Below are positions 28,884 to 39,444 of a stretch of DNA of 58,169 bases, piece by piece. This DNA is from Arenimonas sp. GTDB taxonomy: Bacteria; Pseudomonadota; Gammaproteobacteria; Xanthomonadales; Xanthomonadaceae. Position 1 is the first letter of the stretch. Each line of letters starts with the position of its first letter. The notes beneath the pieces were generated by a model. That model worked only from the letters and a program-made list of their open reading frames with translations, ran no database searches and had not been told where the DNA came from. The DNA lies in contig JAYTVJ010000112.1 in the NCBI GenBank assembly GCA_043744535.1, positions 1 to 58,169 on the forward strand. Reading direction: 5' to 3'. The position numbers were made by a program, and so were the translations under genes.

Positions 28884-31800
28884 ATGTCCGAACAACCTGG
28901 CTTTACACTCCACCACAGCAATCAATTGCCGCTATTAGCCAATGCGCTTGGCCACTGTTTGGCGCGCACAAGTTCGGCTGGCATTCTACAGCCAGACACC
29001 GTGCTGATTCCACAGCCCAGTATGCGGCGCTGGCTACAAAACAGTTTGGCTGAACAATTTGGCATAGCTGCTAATAGTGAGTTTGTTCCGCCCGGCCGTT
29101 TTATCAATACCGTGCTTGAGCCTTGGCTGCCGAAACAAACACCTTTGCTTAGCCCCGAACTATTGCAGTGGCGGCTATTTGGCTTGCTGCAAGATACACA
29201 GCTGCTTAAACAGGCTGCGTTTGCGCCTTTATCCCATTTTTTAAGCACGGGCGATGCCCAACACCGCGCGTGGCAATTGGCCGGCGAACTGAGCCAAGCT
29301 GTCGAAAAATATCAGGCGTGGCGTAAAAACTGGTTATTGGATTGGCATAAAAAAGCGCCCGAGCATGATTGGCAAGGCATACTTTGGCATATGGCTAGCC
29401 AAGGCTATAGCTTTCGCGCGCAGGCTTATCAGCACTATTTTACCGCGCTATCAAGCAATCATCGCGTCATGCCCGCAGCACTGCCAAGCCGCCTATTTGT
29501 TTTTGCATGCCAGAATATTTCGCCGGATGCGTTACGCATTCTCCGTTCGTTTGGGCAATGGAGCGAAGTGCATTTTTTTCTGCATAATCCTTGTTTAGCG
29601 TATTGGGGCGATGTACAACAGGCGCGATCTGGCCAAGACTTGCTTGATCTTCGTTTTGATAATGCCTTGTTGAACCAATGCGGTTGGGCTGGTCGTGATT
29701 TTGTAGCAAGCTTGCTGTCCGAACAAAGCACCTATGACATTGGCGAGCAAGCAAACTACCAAGCCTATGGTTCAGGCACGCTAACACTGTTGAATCAAAT
29801 CCAGCAAGATGTTTTGCACCGGCAAGCAGCACAGCTGACATTTCCTGACTTTACCGCAAACAACGCCGACGATTCCCTACAAATTCACGCTTGCCACACG
29901 CCATTGCGCGAAGTGCAGGTATTGCGGGCGCAATTGTTGGCGTTATTCGAAAAACACCCAACGCTTGCGCTTCGCGATGTGGCGATTATGGCGCCCAACC
30001 TTGAATTGTATGCGCCGTATTTTGCGTCAGTATTTTTGCAAGAAGATGGCGCATACCCCAGCTTGCCATTTGCACTAAGCGATCAACAAGCATTTGCTGA
30101 TTCGCCATTGGCAGCGCTATTCTTCCAATGTTTGTCGCTTGGACAAAGCCGTTTTAGCAGCAACGACGGCTTTGCATTGCTCAGCCATGCCTATGTGGCT
30201 GCCTATTATGGCTTGCAGAAAACCGATCTTGAACGCATCCACTACTGGCTTGAACTGGCTGCTGTGCGTTGGGGCGTGGATAGCGCGCACCGAGAATCGA
30301 TTGATGGTGTTGCGCAGCAAGCCTTCACCTGGCGTTATGGATTACAACGACTTCTGGTAGGCTATGCCAGTGCGGATGATGCATTAATGGATGGCATTGC
30401 GCCCGTGTTGGCACCTATCGGCCAAGATCAGCGCGTGCTGGATGTATTATTTGAGTTTGTTGATTTTATTGAGGCGCTGCACACCACGTTGAATCAGGCC
30501 ATGAGTGCTTCGCAGTGGCAGGAATTACTGCAAACACTACTGCAAAAATTTACCCCGTTAGCCACGCTAGAAGATGGCGAACAAGAAGCTTATACCGAAC
30601 TGAACAGTAAAATTGCTGGCCTTACAGAACTGGCCAAACAAACCGAGCAAGACACCTTATTAAATGTGTCGGTGCTGCTTGATTATTTAAAAAACACCGG
30701 CGAACAACGCTTAAGCCAAGCCTGGCTATCTGGCCGGATTAGTATTTGTAAAATGGTGCCAATGCGCTTAATACCCTTTAAAGTTATTTGCTTATTGGGT
30801 ATGAATGAAAATGCATTTCCGCGCCAAGAACCTAGCGCCGCCATTAACCGCCTAGCCGGTAATCACAGTGAACGTCAAATTGGCGATCGCAATACGCGCG
30901 AAGATGATCGTTTTTTATTTCTGCAATTGCTAAGCGCATGCCAAGCGCATTTGTATATCAGTTATATTGGCCAAGCGCTTAATGATGGTGAGGCGCTTTC
31001 ACCCAGCATTCTGGTGAAAGAACTGCTGGATACAATTAGCGACTATTTCCCGAATAAAGCCGCATGCCAGCAGCACTTTATCATTTCCCATGCGCTTCAC
31101 CTTTACGAATGCGCATTGCTCACCGACCCACGTATTGCATACCTACAAAAACCCACGCAAGCGCTAAGCAGAGCGGCACTGCCGTTGTTTGCGCCACTGT
31201 ATGATTGTGCTTTGCCGGTGCTGGATGAAACCCAACAGCTGAGCATAGAGCAACTCACCGCATTTTGGCTGAAACCGATTGAGCACTTAGCCAAGCGCCT
31301 TGGCTTGGGGCTTGTGCAGCACGCGGTTTTATTGGAAGAAGCAGAACCGTATGGAAAACTCAGTGGCTTACCCGCCTACCAACTTGAGCAAGACCTGCTT
31401 AAAAACGGCCAACGCGCTGAACCAGAACCGGCGCACTGTTTTTTGGCGCGCTTGCAGGCAAACGGACAACTAGCACCGGGGGCCTTAGGGCGCTCAAGCT
31501 TTAATACGCATTCACAACGCATTGCACAAACACTGACAGAACTTGCTCGCTTGCAGATACCGGCTAAACCCTGGCTCGTTGAATTACATTTGCCCCGTGC
31601 AAGCATTCGCGCGGAACTGATCCAAAATTATTCTTGCGGACTTATTCATATCCGCGCCAATAAAAAGATGAATGCCAAGCAACATATTCGCGCCGGAATG
31701 ATTGCCTTGCTTGTATGCGCCAGCGAATTGCCGTTAGCCTGTTTTGATTTTGAAGAAAACAAACTAAAACAACGCAGCATGCTGCTCAGTGCGCAACAAG

Positions 31801-32114
31801 CACGCGATGCGCTGCAACAATTGGCTGATTTAATGGCAAGTGGGCAGCAGCAGATGATGTGCTTTGAAGCCGATGCCAGCTACGCTTTTTATCTTGCAAA
31901 GCGTAAAAATGCTGATCTTGATGTGCGCGAATGGCTTGACGAGGCCTTGAGCAAAGAAGCGGATGAATTTATGCCGCGTTTTGACGACAACCTTGAATTT
32001 CTTACCTACGGCCAAGGCTTTATTGCCGGCATTGCCATCAATCATCCAGTGCAATTCGAGGCTTTGGCGATACAGGTGTTTTCGGCCTTGATGGGAGAGC
32101 TTAGCTATGTCTGA
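28884..32114 (+). CDS. recC: Exodeoxyribonuclease V gamma subunit
   Basis: HHSNQL, NPCLAYWGD, IHACHTPLREVQVL, PMRLIPFKVICLLGMN, DDRFLFL. Start moved to ATG 28884. Confidence 0.92.
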   Translation: MSEQPGFTLHHSNQLPLLANALGHCLARTSSAGILQPDTVLIPQPSMRRWLQNSLAEQFGIAANSEFVPPGRFINTVLEPWLPKQTPLLSPELLQWRLFGLLQDTQLLKQAAFAPLSHFLSTGDAQHRAWQLAGELSQAVEKYQAWRKNWLLDWHKKAPEHDWQGILWHMASQGYSFRAQAYQHYFTALSSNHRVMPAALPSRLFVFACQNISPDALRILRSFGQWSEVHFFLHNPCLAYWGDVQQARSGQDLLDLRFDNALLNQCGWAGRDFVASLLSEQSTYDIGEQANYQAYGSGTLTLLNQIQQDVLHRQAAQLTFPDFTANNADDSLQIHACHTPLREVQVLRAQLLALFEKHPTLALRDVAIMAPNLELYAPYFASVFLQEDGAYPSLPFALSDQQAFADSPLAALFFQCLSLGQSRFSSNDGFALLSHAYVAAYYGLQKTDLERIHYWLELAAVRWGVDSAHRESIDGVAQQAFTWRYGLQRLLVGYASADDALMDGIAPVLAPIGQDQRVLDVLFEFVDFIEALHTTLNQAMSASQWQELLQTLLQKFTPLATLEDGEQEAYTELNSKIAGLTELAKQTEQDTLLNVSVLLDYLKNTGEQRLSQAWLSGRISICKMVPMRLIPFKVICLLGMNENAFPRQEPSAAINRLAGNHSERQIGDRNTREDDRFLFLQLLSACQAHLYISYIGQALNDGEALSPSILVKELLDTISDYFPNKAACQQHFIISHALHLYECALLTDPRIAYLQKPTQALSRAALPLFAPLYDCALPVLDETQQLSIEQLTAFWLKPIEHLAKRLGLGLVQHAVLLEEAEPYGKLSGLPAYQLEQDLLKNGQRAEPEPAHCFLARLQANGQLAPGALGRSSFNTHSQRIAQTLTELARLQIPAKPWLVELHLPRASIRAELIQNYSCGLIHIRANKKMNAKQHIRAGMIALLVCASELPLACFDFEENKLKQRSMLLSAQQARDALQQLADLMASGQQQMMCFEADASYAFYLAKRKNADLDVREWLDEALSKEADEFMPRFDDNLEFLTYGQGFIAGIAINHPVQFEALAIQVFSALMGELSYV

Positions 32115-35100
32115 GCAACCATTAGCGTATCGATTGCCACTCACAGGCATTGCCTTAATAGAAGCCAGTGCGGGCACCGGAAAAACACACACCTTGGTTC
32201 GAATAATAGCGCGGCATATTTTATGGCAGGGCAGGCAGATTGATCAGGTGCTGGCGGTAACGTTTACTAAAGCCGCTACGGCTGAGCTTCGCAGTCGGCT
32301 TCGTGCTTTTTTGCAAGCGCTCGATGTTCATATCACCGAGCAAAGCAAAGACGATGCGGATCTGGATTACCTGATTTTTAAGCGCCCCGATGAGCTTGCA
32401 TTAACCACATTGATCCTTCGCTTAAAACAAGCGCTTGCCAGCATTGATAAAGCGGCTATTTACACCATTCATGGTTTTTGCCAACGCATCCTCAATGAAT
32501 ACCCATTACTAACTGCGCAACCGATCTCAAGCCCTGAATTCAGTAACGACTATGCGGCGCTATACCAACAAATTTGCCAAGAATTCTGGCGCCTAAAAGG
32601 GCAAGACTCACGCTTTGCAGAGGCGTTAGCCAACACATGGCAAGATCCTAACGCCATGCTGGGGCTTGTATCCGAATTATTATCAAGCGCAAAATTAGTT
32701 CCAGAGCGACCAAACGATCTTACCGCTCCCAACTTTGCTGATGCCGTAGCAAAACTTGCCCAAGTGTTTCACGCACAGCATCTGCACGCCGAGCAGACTT
32801 TGCTGCTAGCGATACAAAATAAAACCTTAAGTGGCACAAGCCATAAGCCTGAAAAAACACGTCAACAGTTTTTAGCCTTGCAACAATTTTTAGCTGAGCC
32901 AAACACATGGGTTGAACTGGAACTCAATCAACTTGCTGCCAGCACCTTCAGACTCAACAAAAACAAAATTGCGCCGCTTAACCCGCTGTTTACTGCCGTG
33001 GATGAATGGCTGGATTTCAGCGAACGCGTTTTGGCTCACCAAAGCGCGCTTAGCATCTGCTTGTTGCATGATTTCCGCGCCTATCTGCGCACACGCTTAG
33101 CTGCGCTTAAACAACAGCGCAATCTGATTAGCTCCGATGATTTCATCGAGCATGTGCTTCTGGCTTTGCAATCGCCGCAAGGGCCGGCTTTAACACAGGC
33201 AATACGCGCAGCCTATCCGGTGGCTTTAGTCGATGAATTTCAAGACACCGATGATCGGCAATGGGCGATTTTTAAAGCCCTGTACTCGCATGACGGAACC
33301 AGCTTAACCCTGATTGGCGATCCCAAGCAGGCCATTTATGCATTTCGTGGCGGCGATATTCATACGTATTTGAATGCGCGAGAATCTGCGCAACAGCGAG
33401 AAACCTTACTGGGTAATTATCGAACCGATGCGGATTTAGTTGACGCCATACAGCATTTATTTACGGGCCAGCTTGCGCATCCTTTTTATGAGCCAGGCAT
33501 TGAATTTATTCCGGTACGGGCTGAAAAAACACCGGGCAAGGCATATCTTGCCGAGGATGTTTTGCCGCCCTTGCAATTTTTGGCTATTGCCGGGCAAGCC
33601 GACGGTAAGCCACAAACAAGAAGTCGCGCCGGCATGCAATGCGCACAACAATGCGCCAATCAAATTGCATGGCTTTGTCAGGAAATTAAAGCCGGTACCG
33701 CAAGGGTAAAATCCGCCGCCACAACACGGCCATTACGTCATCACGATATAGTTATTCTGGTTGACACACACAAGCAAGCCAAACTTATGCAACGGCACTT
33801 AAGCGCCGTGGGTGTGCCGTCGGTTTGTGTTGATAAAAGCAGTGTTTTTAATAGCTACGAAGCCTTGGATATACAACATATTCTGAGTTATTTACAAACG
33901 CCGAGTAATCGTCGCTGGCAACAAAATGCCCAGCAAGGTGTATTGCTGCAATGCCTGCCAGTTGCCGATTTTGATCTTGCGCAACAACTGCAATGGCTAA
34001 ACAAACAAGGCGTGCTTGGCTGTTTTTCGCCCTTATTGCAGCGCGCGGAAAGCGCTCTTTTAGCACTGCAAGACGGCGAACGGCGATTAAGCAATTATTG
34101 GCAACTGATCGAGCTGATTCAACGGCACTGCGCGCACACCTGCGATTTAACGGAAGTGCTGGATTGGTTAAGCCAACAGTGCGAACAACCAACAATCGAT
34201 ACCGAGGATAACAACACCGCGCCACGCCTAGAATCTGGTGCGCAACGCATCCGCATCATCACCCTGCATCAAAGCAAAGGCCTTGAATTTGGCGTGGTAT
34301 TTATGCCGTTTTCGGTGATTAGTAAAAACAACAGCGCCAAACTTCAGCGCTATTTTGATGGCACACAGCGCTGTGTATATTATGGCGATGCTTCATCAAG
34401 TGATGAGCTACTTGAAAAAATTCAGCTTGAACAAGCGTCTGAAAATTTACGGCTGTTATATGTTGGCGCAACGCGCGCGGTGTTTGCTTTAGTTTTATCT
34501 TGGGGACACGTGAAAAACACAACACAATGCGCATTACACCGCGTGTTACACGGCTCGCAAAACGAGCCTAGTGCACTTGCCATCGAACAACACATGCAGC
34601 GCTTTACGATTGCGCCATGGCGTGTTGTTAATACTCTATCGACACCATCTGAGAACGTCATTGACGCACCTTTGCCGGTAAAAAGTACCCGGCACTTTTC
34701 GGATTTTTGGAAAATATCCAGTTTTTCAAGTTTGCATCAATTCAAAGATAGCGCCTATGTCTATCCCGCGTCCGATGAAATGCCGCGTTTCGCCGAAGTG
34801 GACGATAGCCCATATAAAGGCGCCTCGTTTGGTAATGCAATGCATTATGTTTTAGAACATGCGTGCTCGGAAGAATGGCAGGTAAAAACCGTTTCGGCGC
34901 TCAGCCGTTCGGCCAAACAACTCGCATATTCAGCATTGGTGCAATTTGGTTTCGAAGCCAAAACAGCTGAAAACGGAGTCATGCCATTATGTCGTTTGGT
35001 ACACAATACCTTGCACGGTCTTTTACCCGAAGCTTTTTCTTTAGTGCAATTACAGGCACACGCTGTACGTCATGAAATGGAATTCCATATTCGCCTTGTT

Positions 35101-35550
35101 CAAGCCAATAGTACCGAAATTCTGGCCATTTTACAGCAACACGGCTATTGCCTTGCACGTAAACAACTTGGCTTTCAAGCTTTTCTGCAGGGTTTACTCA
35201 CCGGTAAAATCGATTTGCTGTTTTGTTATCAGCAGCGTTTTTATGTGGTTGATTACAAATCAAACACACTGACCGATTATGCAGATGCTGCCTTGGCTGA
35301 ATCAATTAGCGCGCAGGAATACGACCTACAATACGTGTTGTATTGCGTTGCATTGCACCGGTTTTTATCTCATAAATTAGGCGCTGCCTATAACTATGAA
35401 ACACATTTTGGCGGCGTACGTTATTTGTATGCGCGCGGTATGCAAGCAAATTCTTATGCGGGTGTTTTTAGTGATCGGCCCGCATTGTCGTTGATAAACC
35501 AACTCGATCTTTGTTTTGACGCCAGCCGAGGCCACCGCGATGTGGCTTAA
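32107..35550 (+). CDS. recB: Exodeoxyribonuclease V beta subunit
   Basis: IEASAGTGKT, VTFTKAAT, TIHGFC, DEFQDTD, GDPKQAIYAFRG, HQSKGLE. Nuclease motif GKIDL...VDYKSN. Confidence 0.95.
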   Translation: MSEQPLAYRLPLTGIALIEASAGTGKTHTLVRIIARHILWQGRQIDQVLAVTFTKAATAELRSRLRAFLQALDVHITEQSKDDADLDYLIFKRPDELALTTLILRLKQALASIDKAAIYTIHGFCQRILNEYPLLTAQPISSPEFSNDYAALYQQICQEFWRLKGQDSRFAEALANTWQDPNAMLGLVSELLSSAKLVPERPNDLTAPNFADAVAKLAQVFHAQHLHAEQTLLLAIQNKTLSGTSHKPEKTRQQFLALQQFLAEPNTWVELELNQLAASTFRLNKNKIAPLNPLFTAVDEWLDFSERVLAHQSALSICLLHDFRAYLRTRLAALKQQRNLISSDDFIEHVLLALQSPQGPALTQAIRAAYPVALVDEFQDTDDRQWAIFKALYSHDGTSLTLIGDPKQAIYAFRGGDIHTYLNARESAQQRETLLGNYRTDADLVDAIQHLFTGQLAHPFYEPGIEFIPVRAEKTPGKAYLAEDVLPPLQFLAIAGQADGKPQTRSRAGMQCAQQCANQIAWLCQEIKAGTARVKSAATTRPLRHHDIVILVDTHKQAKLMQRHLSAVGVPSVCVDKSSVFNSYEALDIQHILSYLQTPSNRRWQQNAQQGVLLQCLPVADFDLAQQLQWLNKQGVLGCFSPLLQRAESALLALQDGERRLSNYWQLIELIQRHCAHTCDLTEVLDWLSQQCEQPTIDTEDNNTAPRLESGAQRIRIITLHQSKGLEFGVVFMPFSVISKNNSAKLQRYFDGTQRCVYYGDASSSDELLEKIQLEQASENLRLLYVGATRAVFALVLSWGHVKNTTQCALHRVLHGSQNEPSALAIEQHMQRFTIAPWRVVNTLSTPSENVIDAPLPVKSTRHFSDFWKISSFSSLHQFKDSAYVYPASDEMPRFAEVDDSPYKGASFGNAMHYVLEHACSEEWQVKTVSALSRSAKQLAYSALVQFGFEAKTAENGVMPLCRLVHNTLHGLLPEAFSLVQLQAHAVRHEMEFHIRLVQANSTEILAILQQHGYCLARKQLGFQAFLQGLLTGKIDLLFCYQQRFYVVDYKSNTLTDYADAALAESISAQEYDLQYVLYCVALHRFLSHKLGAAYNYETHFGGVRYLYARGMQANSYAGVFSDRPALSLINQLDLCFDASRGHRDVA

Positions 35551-37243
35551 TCAATTACGGCAAGCGCACATTATCGACGCGTCTGCGTATGCCATGGGCT
35601 GCTTTATTAATCAATCCAATCAAAGCGCATCTGAGTGGCCTGGCCTGCTTTGCGCGCTAAGCATGCAAGCCATAAAACAAGGGCACACCTGCTTAGATTT
35701 CACGCGCATTACAGCGCAATTTCCTGCACTACTGAACTTCCCCGATTTACTCGATAGCATTGCCGTTTCGACGCTTGGCAATAATGCGCGGATTGGTCAA
35801 GACACGCTACAATCCAACACACTCTTCACTGTTGCGCCACCGTATTTATTTTGTAATACGTTTTTCGATTTGGAGCAGCGCTTACTGCAAGCTATCGCCG
35901 CACGCTTAACTACTCAGGATCGGCCAGCGCATTTGAACCCTGCTGAGCAATTAGCACAGTTATGTTTGGCTAAGCCTTTGTGCTTTTTAAGTGGTGGGCC
36001 TGGCACAGGCAAAACCACGGTTTTATCGCAGGCTTTGCCTCGCATTATTGAATTGTTTCAGCAAAAATTTAACCGACTTCCTATCATTCGTTTATGTGCT
36101 CCCACCGGAAAAGCAGCGGCGCGGATGACTGCAGCATGGCTTGCGCATAAACAACATTTACTCGCAACTAAGCAACACAGCGAATTTCTATCCTGTGTTC
36201 CAGAGCAAGCCATTACATTGCACCGATTACTTAGCATTCACCCGCTAAGCAAACAGGCGCAATTCTCGCCAAGGCATAGCCTGCCTGTTGATTTTGTGGT
36301 GGTTGATGAAGCCTCTATGATTGATCTGCCGCTCTTCGTGCAATTATTTGAAGCATTGCCAAAGCACGCGCACATGCTATTGATTGGTGATCCCAATCAA
36401 TTACCGGCTGTTGAAGCAGGAAATATTTTGGGCAGCTTGTTGCAGGCTAGTGCTGAGCCGTCTTTTTTCAGCCAATTGCAACGGGCACACCTGCATTTAT
36501 CCATCAATTATCGGCAGATCCATCATCCTGGACTAAGCGAATTAGCGAGTGATTGTTTGCTTGCCAGCCCTGCTAAGCTGGTTGAAAAGCTTGCCGCCCA
36601 GCACTATAGCCACGTGACATGGCAAGAAAATTCAACGTTGGCACTGTCTGAAACACTTTTACAAGCAAGCGCGCACTATGCGCAGCTAGCGCTTTGCGAG
36701 AATGCGCACGCGGCCTTAATGGCTGCAAGAAATTTTACCTTGCTCACCGCTGTGCATGATGGGCCTTATGGTTGTCGCGCGATTAATCATGCGATTATGC
36801 GCAAACTCAACCCAAGCTTTCAGCGCTTTTTTCACGGGCAGCTTTTGCTGATTACCGAGAACGCCCAACACCTTGGCTTAGCCAACGGCGACATTGGCAT
36901 AGTGTGGCGACAAGCCAATCATCAGCTGATGGCAAGCTTCGAGACTAATGGCGTAATACAAACACGCGAGCTGATCGAATTGCCGGCTTTTGAGTTAGCG
37001 TATGCTCTGACTATCCATAAATCACAAGGCTCTGAATACAATGCGGTCAGTGTTGTGTTGCCCGAACAAGATAATCCGGTTTTATCTAAGGCCTTGCTGT
37101 ACACGGCATTCACCCGCGCCAGACACGGATTAACTATTCTTGCTACAAAGCAAAGACTGATTGATAGTTTTGAAAAACCGAATAGGCGGGTGAACGGTTT
37201 AGTACAACTTGCAGAACTATTAATGAAACAAAAAATACAGTAA
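35540..37243 (+). CDS. recD: Exodeoxyribonuclease V alpha subunit
   Basis: SGGPGTGKT, APTGKAAAR, TLHRLL, VDEASM, GDPNQL, YALTIHKSQGSEY. Confidence 0.93.
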   Translation: MWLNQLRQAHIIDASAYAMGCFINQSNQSASEWPGLLCALSMQAIKQGHTCLDFTRITAQFPALLNFPDLLDSIAVSTLGNNARIGQDTLQSNTLFTVAPPYLFCNTFFDLEQRLLQAIAARLTTQDRPAHLNPAEQLAQLCLAKPLCFLSGGPGTGKTTVLSQALPRIIELFQQKFNRLPIIRLCAPTGKAAARMTAAWLAHKQHLLATKQHSEFLSCVPEQAITLHRLLSIHPLSKQAQFSPRHSLPVDFVVVDEASMIDLPLFVQLFEALPKHAHMLLIGDPNQLPAVEAGNILGSLLQASAEPSFFSQLQRAHLHLSINYRQIHHPGLSELASDCLLASPAKLVEKLAAQHYSHVTWQENSTLALSETLLQASAHYAQLALCENAHAALMAARNFTLLTAVHDGPYGCRAINHAIMRKLNPSFQRFFHGQLLLITENAQHLGLANGDIGIVWRQANHQLMASFETNGVIQTRELIELPAFELAYALTIHKSQGSEYNAVSVVLPEQDNPVLSKALLYTAFTRARHGLTILATKQRLIDSFEKPNRRVNGLVQLAELLMKQKIQ

Positions 37244-38557
37244 ATTATTTTGAAAGTATGGATTGGCGGTTAATAGCTCATGGCTTTCGCAAAAAAATGT
37301 TGTCTGCGCAATGGGAAATAAATCTTTTTGTAAGTCGGTATCTAAATACGCGGTTGACGCTCTGGCCAGTTGCGATTCGCGCGTTACTAGGCCATCGCCT
37401 GGTGCTTGCATTAAATGTGTGTAATCAACGTTTTTAACTTTATCTTGCACATCATCTGGCGTAAATGCCAAGCTCAGTCGACCTGCTTTCCGGCTAATGA
37501 CCGCGCGCGTGTTGGTTAAATCGCAGTCTCCGCCAAACAAGGCAATTTGCGTTTTTGTTTGCAGTATCGGCTTCGACAAAGCCCGTTGAAAATCGTACGC
37601 GGTTCTTAGGTTTTTGCTAAATAATGTAGAAAGTTGTTCGGCATTTTGTACTGGATTTTCCTGGTCTTTGCCAATGATTTGTTGATTTTCATCCGAATAA
37701 ATCGACCACTTATTGGTTTGCCATAATTTTTCATCGTATATCGATAATGGCGTTGGTGTGCCGTTGTTATCTATAAACACATTTAGCGCAGGGCTTGGCA
37801 AGGCTTCAAATGGCGTAGCAAAATGCGCCAAAATATGTGGCGGTATAGTACGCAAGCCAATGCGAAATCCTTGATATAAACGACTTACACTAATCACCGA
37901 ACCTAAGTTTGGCGTGCCGAGCATGGCAATACGTCGGATACGTTTTTCGCCATCTTGCCATGCGACTGGGCTCTTGCGCGACTGCTCAGTTTGCGGCCCA
38001 TATTGCAAATAATAGCGCGCGATTAACCCGCCATTACTATGCGCAATAATATCGACTTGCAGATTTGGGTTTTTATAATCAAGACGAATTTGTTCAATCA
38101 TTTCATGCAAGTGATTGACTGAATCAAAATTACTTTTGCGCCAATCGTATAAAAAAACATAGTATCGACGAGTACTTTTGCCTATGATCGGTGTTTTAAG
38201 CTTGCCTTTTTCATAATGGCCGGCTTTTTCAAGCGTTTTTAATAAGGTGCCATAAAAATCAATGCCAAATAAACCATCCAGCAATCGGCCAGGAACAATG
38301 CCGTCATTGTTTTCTTTGGCCAAATCTTCAAAAGTGCTAAAAGCCACATTACTAACCGATTTAGGCCATATTTCTTCGCCCTGGGGATTCACCAAGGTTG
38401 TGCCCATCAAGCCAGGGATAATAATGATTGGAACGGTGTTTTCATTGAGATAACTCGCGCCATACAGCAAGTCGAGATCAGGTTTTCGAGATACCGTAAC
38501 GCACGATATCAAAAATACCGTGCTGGCTAAAATGCCTATTTTGAGTATTTTATTCAT
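37220..38557 (-). CDS. Lipoprotein lipase/acyltransferase (LCAT/PGAP1-like alpha/beta hydrolase)
   Basis: Start moved to MNKILK...LISC (lipobox). IIIPGLMGT, YDWR, AHSNGG nucleophile elbow, GTPNLGS, GDGLV, distal His. Confidence 0.8.
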   Translation of the reverse strand: MNKILKIGILASTVFLISCVTVSRKPDLDLLYGASYLNENTVPIIIIPGLMGTTLVNPQGEEIWPKSVSNVAFSTFEDLAKENNDGIVPGRLLDGLFGIDFYGTLLKTLEKAGHYEKGKLKTPIIGKSTRRYYVFLYDWRKSNFDSVNHLHEMIEQIRLDYKNPNLQVDIIAHSNGGLIARYYLQYGPQTEQSRKSPVAWQDGEKRIRRIAMLGTPNLGSVISVSRLYQGFRIGLRTIPPHILAHFATPFEALPSPALNVFIDNNGTPTPLSIYDEKLWQTNKWSIYSDENQQIIGKDQENPVQNAEQLSTLFSKNLRTAYDFQRALSKPILQTKTQIALFGGDCDLTNTRAVISRKAGRLSLAFTPDDVQDKVKNVDYTHLMQAPGDGLVTRESQLARASTAYLDTDLQKDLFPIAQTTFFCESHELLTANPYFQNNLLYFLFH

Positions 38558-38558
38558 G

Positions 38559-38582
38559 AAAAAAAACGCTCCTTTCGGAGCG
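38559..38582 (-). terminator. Rho-independent terminator of the tonB-exbBD operon, abutting the next start codon
   Basis: Minus strand reads CGCTCC-GAAA-GGAGCG-TTTTTTTT-C-ATG. Confidence 0.85.
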
Positions 38583-38591
38583 CTTATTGTG

Positions 38592-38990
38592 TTATTCAGC
38601 AAAAATGATTTTAAGAAGGCCGGCATTTTTAGTGCGTGCCAGCACTTTCGCTAAGGTTTCATATTCAGCTTCTGGATCAACCAAGATCTCAATTTTGGGC
38701 TGCACATCGCGCGCACCCTCCACATCAAACTGTGCCTGTAAGGTTGCCATTGGAACAGGGCTTCCGTTCCATGCCACCGTACCACCATTTTGTACATGAA
38801 TATGAATTATCTCTGCCTCATCGGGCGGAACTGTTACCGTGCTTGGCTGTGGCAAATCAACTTGGATTTGATAAGACAATGGCGGTGCGGTCACCATGAA
38901 GATAATCAACAGAACCAACATCACGTCGACCAAGGGGGTCACGTTCATGTCTGCCATGACGCCGCCGGATGAATTTGAACTAAAAGCCAT
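38592..38990 (-). CDS. exbD: Biopolymer transporter ExbD (second copy)
   Basis: MAFSS...DMNVTPLVDVMLVLLIIFMVTAP. Start moved to 38990. Confidence 0.92.
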   Translation of the reverse strand: MAFSSNSSGGVMADMNVTPLVDVMLVLLIIFMVTAPPLSYQIQVDLPQPSTVTVPPDEAEIIHIHVQNGGTVAWNGSPVPMATLQAQFDVEGARDVQPKIEILVDPEAEYETLAKVLARTKNAGLLKIIFAE

Positions 38991-39003
38991 AAATAAATCC
39001 TGA

Positions 39004-39417
39004 TTAATCGCGTTCGGGGCTGGAAACAAAACCGACTTTACGCATGCCGGAAAGACGAATTGTTGTAACCGTTTTTTTAATCAAACTGTATTTCGTGGTT
39101 TTATCGGCACGAATATCCACTTGCGGCTGCGGATCGCGGGCAACGGTTATTGCTAAATTCTGCCCAAACATTTCTTCGGTCATTAGCTGGTCGTTCCAAT
39201 ACACTTCACCGGTCGATTTAATCGCAACAGTAACTGGTGGAACAATAATTTCAGGCTTTTTAACCAAAGACGCTGAAGGCAACTTTACCTGCACTTTTTG
39301 CGCCGCTAAAGGAGCAGTAATCATAAAGATGATGAGCAAGACCAACATCACGTCAACCAAAGGGGTGACGTTAATGTCGGCCATTGGGCCGCCGCTGGAG
39401 CCTGTGCTAAAAGCCAT
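39004..39417 (-). CDS. exbD: Biopolymer transporter ExbD (first copy)
   Basis: DINVTPLVDVMLVLLIIFMITAP and IRADK. Confidence 0.93.
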   Translation of the reverse strand: MAFSTGSSGGPMADINVTPLVDVMLVLLIIFMITAPLAAQKVQVKLPSASLVKKPEIIVPPVTVAIKSTGEVYWNDQLMTEEMFGQNLAITVARDPQPQVDIRADKTTKYSLIKKTVTTIRLSGMRKVGFVSSPERD

Positions 39418-39444
39418 ACTGTATTCCTTAAACCGTGGTGTTAA

